DNA of 62,935 nt, the filler included, from Collodictyon triciliatum (Eukaryota): the NCBI GenBank assembly GCA_043381765.1. It is 3 parts of 3 records of this genome, joined end to end, with 100 filler letters (N's around TTAATTAATTAA, not from the genome) between each part and the next. Parts side by side here need not be neighbours in the genome. Positions count along the whole stretch, not along the records: positions 46,390 to 62,935 come from JBHJMP010001120.1; 2 more parts are not named here. One strand, given 5' to 3'. The number at the start of each line of letters is the position of its first letter. Position 1 is the stretch's first letter. Below the pieces are notes generated by a model. That model saw nothing but the letters and a program-made list of their open reading frames with translations. It searched no databases and was not told the origin of the DNA. The translations under genes were made by a program, and so were the position numbers. Positions 56,078 through 62,935 of this stretch are shown here, piece by piece.

Positions 56078-59000
56078 CATACATACATACATACATACAT
56101 ACATACATACATACATACATACATACATACATACATACATACATACATACAATTATGGATTGTTTTGCATAATATTAACAAGTTTTTGGCGATTTGTAAA
56201 GCTAACTGTTCTAACGTGTAATCGAACGATTTAATTATATTCTTATATACGAAGATCTTGAATTGTGCTTGGCACTTCTTTTTGCTGTTTGTACATGCTG
56301 CTAGACTTTTCATTGGATAAAACCTTCGGGTACATATTTTGAGACCTGGCCGTCGGAGAGCAAAACATCCATAGTAGGATCAATTTCAAGTACTTCTTGG
56401 GCTTGTTTTTTTCTGCTGAGGGCAGCTTGATACATCAACCAAATCTATGGTAATAATATATTTTGAATAGTGATGAAGGAAAACGATATTCTCATAAAGT
56501 AATTATTGTGTCGAGGAGACCAAAAAAAGCTAAATCCGAAATATCACATACACTTATGGCTCTCACAATTTGAAAGGAACAATAAATAATGAAAATAAAT
56601 AATGAATAATAAATAAATAAAACTCAAAGTCTATGAATTATCAGCCTATTAGTATATCAAAACAACTAAACCTGTTGCTCATACTTTAGCCTTCTAGCGG
56701 ATCGAAGTGCATGTTGTTTTTGTACATTCTAAAACACAATTTAAGAAAAAAAAATCATGCTTTTAAAATCAATCTGGCGTTCATAAAGGATATGCTAATA
56801 TTGGGGACATTCATTATAAACAATATTCACTCAAAAATTCCACTCTATTTTATGTAAAGGGAAATAAATGATGTAATATAATGACGTTGACACATAAATA
56901 TGATAACCTCTTGCTTCTCGATTTTTTCCTGGACTTCTTTATCATTAAGTTTCAATTCCAGTGCAGGAAGGTGAAGTTTTTCATCGGCTGAATGCGGCTA
57001 CAATTGCCCAACGAATAATATTTTAAGAAAAAAAAAAGCAAAATTCTTAGTATATGATGATATTAATAATGACAATAGAATTAATAATGATTTATATGCA
57101 ATTATTCTCTCCAAGGCTAAAAGGTCCGTACTTCCTACTTACATCTATTTTAGGAAGTTTTTTTCCTAAATAATTTGATATGGTACGAATTCGCCTCCTC
57201 TCTGTAGGACTTTGCGGCTCTGTAGGTCCATCAGCCTTTCGAGGTGCTTCTTTCGGAGCAGAAGACGCTAAAATTCATATGAATTACCTTTCCAGTTTTG
57301 GCTACTCAACTGGCTTATAAACTTTCACTTACAGGGTTTATTTTTATATCAAAATAAAAAAATCTGTTCATAGTGAAATGCAGCATTTTAATCAGTAAAT
57401 TGAAATGATATGTGTATTTCTTTTGGCCAAATAAATCGAAAAAATGATATGTATGTGTTTGAAAAATAATCATCTTGAATACTGACTTCTTTCGCTTGTG
57501 ACAGGCCTAATCTCTGATAGTATTGATGTCTGCTCTCTTCTTGTCTGAGTTAACTCAAATGTATCTATAATTAAGTTCTGCTATTATGAACCTGGACACT
57601 AAGCTAATAAGATAGGAGGAGAGGAAAGGGAGCCTTTAATTATTTAAAAATAAAATATTGGAATGAGTTTTACTCGTCATGTCGAATGAGACCCTACTCC
57701 CGCCAATTATTTCCGATGTTACTTGGGTCGAGGAAAATAATCTACGAGATATTCCCAGTTCCGGTGCACTTCGCGATGTGTCAGGAGGCCGTGGTGTGAA
57801 TTTCTTAGAATCTGGATTGGAATCTGTAAACCCTCCTTTTAAGGATAGAGGAATGAGCCTTCTCTGGGCATGATGGAGGTCATACTACCAAAAAGAAAAC
57901 TGTATGTTAATTTAATAGAGAAAATGGAATGAGAATATTATGGAACAGTTCGGCAATTTTTTATAGTAAGCAGAAGAAATTCAGTCAGTTAAATATTCTA
58001 ACGATCCCAGTTTTTTGAGAGAAAATAAACAAGGACAGCATACCTGCTCCTGAGCCCATTTTACATTCTCTTTTTCGCGAGTTATTTCGTCGTGTAGCTT
58101 TCTATTTCTCCTTTGGATTGCGACCTTCTCTGATAAGAGTTTCGATTTTTCATACCTCTGTTCCTCCTTTCTTTTTTCACTTGCTGAAAGAATGACATCT
58201 GCCCTCTGTTGGATTGAATGTACATGTATGAGAGAAAATACTACGACAGCACCTTTCAAATGTGTATGTAAAAAGGATCTGATTTATAAATCATTTATTG
58301 GCGTGGCATTTGAAAACATGTAATTTCAGCTGTGGCATTATCATCATCATTATCATTATTATTTTGTGTGCGGAAAGTGTAATAGTTTTCTCTGATACAG
58401 CACAGTCTTCTTTTCTAATACACTAATCAAATGAAGTAGAAAAACCTTATTGTCTAACTCCTCAATCAAGCATTTGCGGTCCACTCTCTTACGTTGTACT
58501 GAGCGAGACATTTCCTTGAGCTCTTCGTAAAGCATCTGAAGGTTGTGCACCATTCCAAGGTAACCTTTCTCGGTCTCTGTGTCAACTTTCCCGCGATTTA
58601 AGGCATCCTGAGAGAATACATTATTTCAATTTTTAAACAATAGTAAATGGTTTACCCTCTACTTTTACGTCTATTCATGTAAAGTTTTCCTAAGAAGTAG
58701 CAATTCTTTCTTTTCTATCTTTTTTTAAAGAATAAAACATCAAGCATCATAGATAAACCATAAAATGAATTAGGAGGATTTTAAAATAGCTTCAAAACAA
58801 TAACGATGATAAATATTAAGATAAATACGTAGAAGAACAAGTACACTTTCCTTGTACCTCATATAATATTTGAATATCCTTTAGTCTAGTGGATATTTCG
58901 TACATTCTTGTGTCCAGATCCTGCAACCTCTTTCTGTCCGCCTTGGCATTTACAGATTTTGTCTTATTAGCAACACCAGCGTTGTTGAGTTTTCGTAAAT

Positions 59001-59473
59001 ACTAGACTTAATGGCGAGGAAAGAGAGGAGAGCAATAGAAGGCACAAAGAACAAACAAAAAAGTATTTTGTAGGAGGCTTTCTACAATCTATTTTTCACA
59101 TTCGTGTCAAACAAAAGAAGGGGAAAACGATAAACTCACAAAAACTTATTCGAGACAGGTAAATAAAAATCATTCAAAACGAATGCAGAAATAAATCATT
59201 AAGTCGAAAAATAGAGAAAGACCAACGGATGTTCTAAGTGTATCGGATTCCTGTGGCTACAACAAATACCTTCTCCTGCTTCTTCAGCTGGTTGCGAACG
59301 CCTTCATCAGATAGGTCCAAACACTCTTTCAGTAGTTCCTGCGACTGTGGGCAGAACTTTTCAGATGGATACTCTCGCGACAAGATCTCTGCTCGGGTTT
59401 CCCAAACATCGTCTGGCGGCTCTGCTTTGTGCTGCAACCGAGGCTGCGACGTGGATGCTCTCTTATTGCTCAT
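56017..59473 (-). CDS. Uncharacterised coiled-coil protein, multi-exon
   Basis: GT-AG-bounded exons with heptad/charged pattern (RKRLQDLDTRMYEISTRLKDIQ, LQMLYEELKEMSRSVQRK, EKVAIQRRNRKLHDEITREKENV); ATG 59473; stop position tentative. Confidence 0.65.
56048..56150. repeat. Intronic (TACA)n microsatellite
   Basis: Perfect tetranucleotide run. Confidence 0.95.
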
Positions 59474-59519
59474 CGGACACTGTGGTAAGTAGTGGCCGCC
59501 GCGATATGAGTGGTCGGAA

Positions 59520-59881
59520 AAGGAAACTAAAAAAGGAAAGAGAAAAAGAAAGAGAAAGAGAAAGAGAAAAAGGAAAGAGAAAAAGGAAAGAGAAAGAGAA
59601 AGAGAAAGAGAAAGAGAAAGAGAAAGAGAAAGAGAAAGAGAAAGAGAAAGAGAAAGAGAAAGAGAAAGAGAAAGAGAAAGACAAAGAGAAAGAGAAAGAG
59701 AAAGAGAAAGAGAAAGAGAAAGAGACAGAGAAAGAGAAAGAGAAAGAGAAAGAAGAAAGAAAAGAAAGAAGAGAAAGAAGAGAAAGAGAAAGAAGAAAGA
59801 AAAGAAAGAAGAGAAAGAAGAGAAAGAGAAAGAAGAAAGAAAAGAAAGAAAAGAAAGAAAAGAAAGAAAAGAAAGAAAGAG
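59520..59881. repeat. (AAAGAG)n purine tract between divergent genes
   Basis: Hexamer and 9-mer purine repeats. Confidence 0.95.
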
Positions 59882-60500
59882 TGGAATGAAGGCGACTAAG
59901 CGGCATGCAATGACCCGCCTTATCTTCTGGGTCCGGTGGCAAATCGAGTCGTCGATTTCAAGGAAACCCTCCCGGGACGTCGGATATCTTTGAAGGGTCT
60001 TTCCATGTTTCTCGTCACAGGCTTTTCACAACGAATATATTCAACCGGTTGCCAACTTGTTGCGAAATCGATCAGAAAAGGAGACAAACCCGCCCGGTTG
60101 GCACTCTGCGGCTTGAGCGCGCTGCACAAACACACTGCACGAATGCCTTCGGGGAGTTGCGAACCAGTTGGAGACCGTGGTTGGTGACGGGCGAATATGT
60201 GGAGGGGTGATAATGAATAACTGCGGCTTGAGTGAGTTGCTGTTTGGCTCTTATCTCAGACTGTCCACTCTTTTTATTTTTATTTTATTATTTTTTTTAA
60301 AAAATATTAAAGATGTAAAAAAAAACCCCCTTTTCTTGGGTTATTTTTTTTTAATAGTTTTGTGTATATCCCTCTCTCTCTCCCTGTCTTCTCCTCCCTC
60401 GTTTTTTCTCATCCAACCATTCTATGTTTGTATACGACCATCCACTGCTGTGTCTTCTGAAAATTCGTAATACGATTATAGTAAAATCAGGAAAAGTTAA

Positions 60501-61723
60501 ATGTCTGGAGCAGCCGACGAAAGGCAACGCGCGGGGGCTTCTTATGACGGAGCGAACGAGTAAAAATGATTTTCTCAAGAGCATAACTCCGGTATTCATT
60601 CATTCATATTATTATTGTTATTATTGTTATTATTGTTATTATTGTTATTATTGTTATTATTGTTATTATTGTTATTATTGTTATTATTGTGATTATTGTG
60701 ATTATTGTGATTATTGTGATTATTGTGATTATTGTGATTATTGTGATTATTATTTGAATATTTGTAATATTCAAGGTTTCTTTGTTCTATTTACACTGAC
60801 TAAGAGCCAAGTACCTGACATGACAGCAAACCTGTTTCTTTCGATTGCGCTAGTTGTAAAATACTCAATAACCCGCTCGATTTTGCAGCGGACAAGAGGA
60901 ACATCTCAAGATCATTCTATTAGGTGACTCTGCAATCAGAAAGTCAAAGTATTGGTCATATATTCATGTTGCTAAACTCACCATACTAGAGATTGGATGA
61001 CTTTGAACACGAAAAGAAAAACTAAGTATAACATGATGTCCTTCCGATCACTTCATTTCGTACCAAACAGGCTTGTGGAGTGATTCCTCATGGATCAATA
61101 GTAATCGAACAACCTCTTATCACAACCTACATGTTTTCCACCGGAGTCATTTTCGATTATTTTTTTTTATTAGAACAAAAAGATGACTTTTTTTTGCCTT
61201 GACCATTCAAGCCAACCGCAACAAGCGTCCACTTACGCTTTAACTCTTTTCTCCTTCGAGACTAAAGTTGAAGCCACTTCCATCAAAACAGGTTCAGATA
61301 GATGATTTTTCACTCATTTATTCAACTACTGTTGTGATGATGATAGTTCATTATGGGACTATTATTATATTATTTACTGAATACTCAAGTAAAAAATACA
61401 AGAAATACAAACGCTTAAATGGACCAAATCATCCAAAATCACTCGTGTTTTTCTCCCGTATCTGAATCCACTTATAGACTTCTGGGACACAGCAGGGCAG
61501 AAGCGATTCGACATTATGCATCTATCTTATTACTACAAGGTAGATTGGTGTATTTTGGTTTGTTGTTTCATTTCCATGGTTACCATATTTACTATAATCA
61601 AACCGAAAGGCTCCAAACATGCAAAAGAAACTGCTTCGACGAGATAAAATGAATTCCTGTCAAACCTTATTTTCCAGGTTTTTGATGTTCCAGAAAAGTT
61701 TCATACACAAATATTCTTAAGAG
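60501..61723 (+). pseudogene. RABL2: RABL2 (Rab-like 2, IFT-associated GTPase) pseudogene retaining introns
   Basis: Exons 60501-60559, 60889-60948, 61071-61100, 61212-61291, 61478-61539, 61678-61723 splice to ..LKIILLGDSAIRKSK|LVE*FLMDQY|QPQQASTYALTLF..|DFWDTAGQKRFDIMHLSYYYK|..VFDV(frameshift)RKVSYTNIL, matching RABL2 KIICLGDSAVGKSKLMERFLMD..QPQQLSTYALTL..DFWDTAGQERF.SMH.SYY..VFDV.RKVTY.NL. Confidence 0.9.
60608..60752. repeat. (TATTGTTAT)n/(GATTATTGT)n repeat in the first coding-region intron of the RABL2 pseudogene
   Basis: Tandem 9-mers with a polar switch of variant. Confidence 0.95.
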
Positions 61724-62444
61724 GTAAAAGGAACTTCAAGTATGCCCTAATTTTTATATTAAATAAAGAGATACCCCCTTACTCTGACCGCAAGGGAAGA
61801 GAGATGTGGGAATGTGTCGTGCGTTATCTCTCACAGCACATCCAACCCCTGCTACCTTCGCAACCAATCAACCAGTTGGGTCGCCCACCTGACCAACTCG
61901 CTATCACTGACTTCTTTCCAGTGCTAGCCTCTCCACGGTAGTGTCTTCCCCTACTCGCGTTTGCTCTCTCCCATGCGCTCCCATCCCGCCCCTTTGTATG
62001 GCATAACCTCGCTGCACTTTGAATCGAATAAAGGGAAAAAAAAATCGATTCCTAGGTACTGCAATCATTTCATTAGTTTTGCCATAGAATAAATTTTATA
62101 GCTTTTATCTGAAGAGAATTATTTTCTTATCCACTTGAATCTGTATCGCAGACGAACAACTTCCCTTTTTTCTTCTTCTTTTTTGATAAAGATATCACGC
62201 CCATGAGGTGAATTTTCGTGCTTGTCTGCTCTCCGAAATCTAAACTCGAGAAAAGAATCATGTTGGTCACGTACCACCTGAATATTTTCAATATGTGTAC
62301 CAAACAACAACCGAATAAAATGTGGACCTACACCCCTCGTTTCAATGGGATTATAAGCTGCCTTTTTTTTTTAAGCCCATCAATGTAATGTTTGCAGCTG
62401 AGCATAATTCGTTATTGTTTAATTGAATTGCACCAGCTCAAGTG

Positions 62445-62534
62445 TTTGGTTTGGTTTGGTTTGGTTTGGTTTGGTTTGGTTTGGTTTGGTTTGGTTTGGT
62501 TTGGTTTGGTTTGGTTTGGTTTGGTTTGGTTTGG
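62445..62534. repeat. (TTTGG)n microsatellite
   Basis: Perfect pentamer run. Confidence 0.95.
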
Positions 62535-62865
62535 AATGGAATGGAGTAGGTTATATTTAATTCGAAATCATGCAAAGGATCCAAATGAAATATTTTGAGT
62601 AGCTATTCAACCAATTTAGATCTTTATCAAATGAGGGGACTTCACTTAAGTGCTCAGCATTTAGATATCCAACCCGTAATGAGGTTCTATGTCGAGCAGT
62701 TAAAGAAGTTTGAGTGCAGCAACCTGAAGAAATAAAATTTGGAAAAGATTACCCATTCAACGATGGGAGTCTGGTTGCTAATCTACAACTCATGGAAGCC
62801 CTCATGATGTCTTTATTCCGCCATAAAACATGTGAAATGAAAGTTTTCCTATGTAAGCACCCAAT

Positions 62866-62910
<45 letters not shown>

Positions 62911-62935
62911 AAAAATAAATAACAAATACCAAAAC

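Noticed and set aside
61081-61083. TGA as selenocysteine or a reassigned codon in RABL2
   Set aside because: The conserved residue is Arg, the gene also has a frameshift and P-loop damage, and TGA/TAA/TAG terminate intact genes in this window.
62445-62534. (TTTGG)n as a telomeric repeat
   Set aside because: Short, internal, grades into ATGGA and resembles the other intronic microsatellites.

Overview
AT-rich, intron-dense eukaryotic (probably protist) nuclear DNA read with the standard code and almost entirely GT-AG introns. The window is not one natural locus: two identical 100-bp spacers (N44-TTAATTAATTAA-N44 at 24285-24384 and 46290-46389) join three contigs and cut genes on both sides. 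Genes recognised by manual splicing: an uncharacterised ARM-like protein (3' part), FAM114-like, ARP5, a dual-specificity pseudophosphatase, mitochondrial intermediate peptidase (5' part), CHO2/PEM1-type PE methyltransferase (3'-truncated), RPB5, ZGRF1, an ARID transcription factor, the 3' exon of a cyclic-nucleotide-binding channel-like gene, an OCRL/INPP5B-like 5-phosphatase (partial), an O-fucosyltransferase-like/GT8 fusion and a coiled-coil protein. The most notable item is invisible in the ORF track: an intron-containing, decayed copy of the flagellar GTPase RABL2 (60501-61723) with a nonsense codon, a P-loop Gly-to-Arg change, a frameshift and mostly C>T/G>A lesions, followed by further stop-interrupted exon-like segments. 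No rRNA, tRNA, CRISPR array or intact mobile element was seen. Family calls rest on motif recognition from memory, not on database searches.
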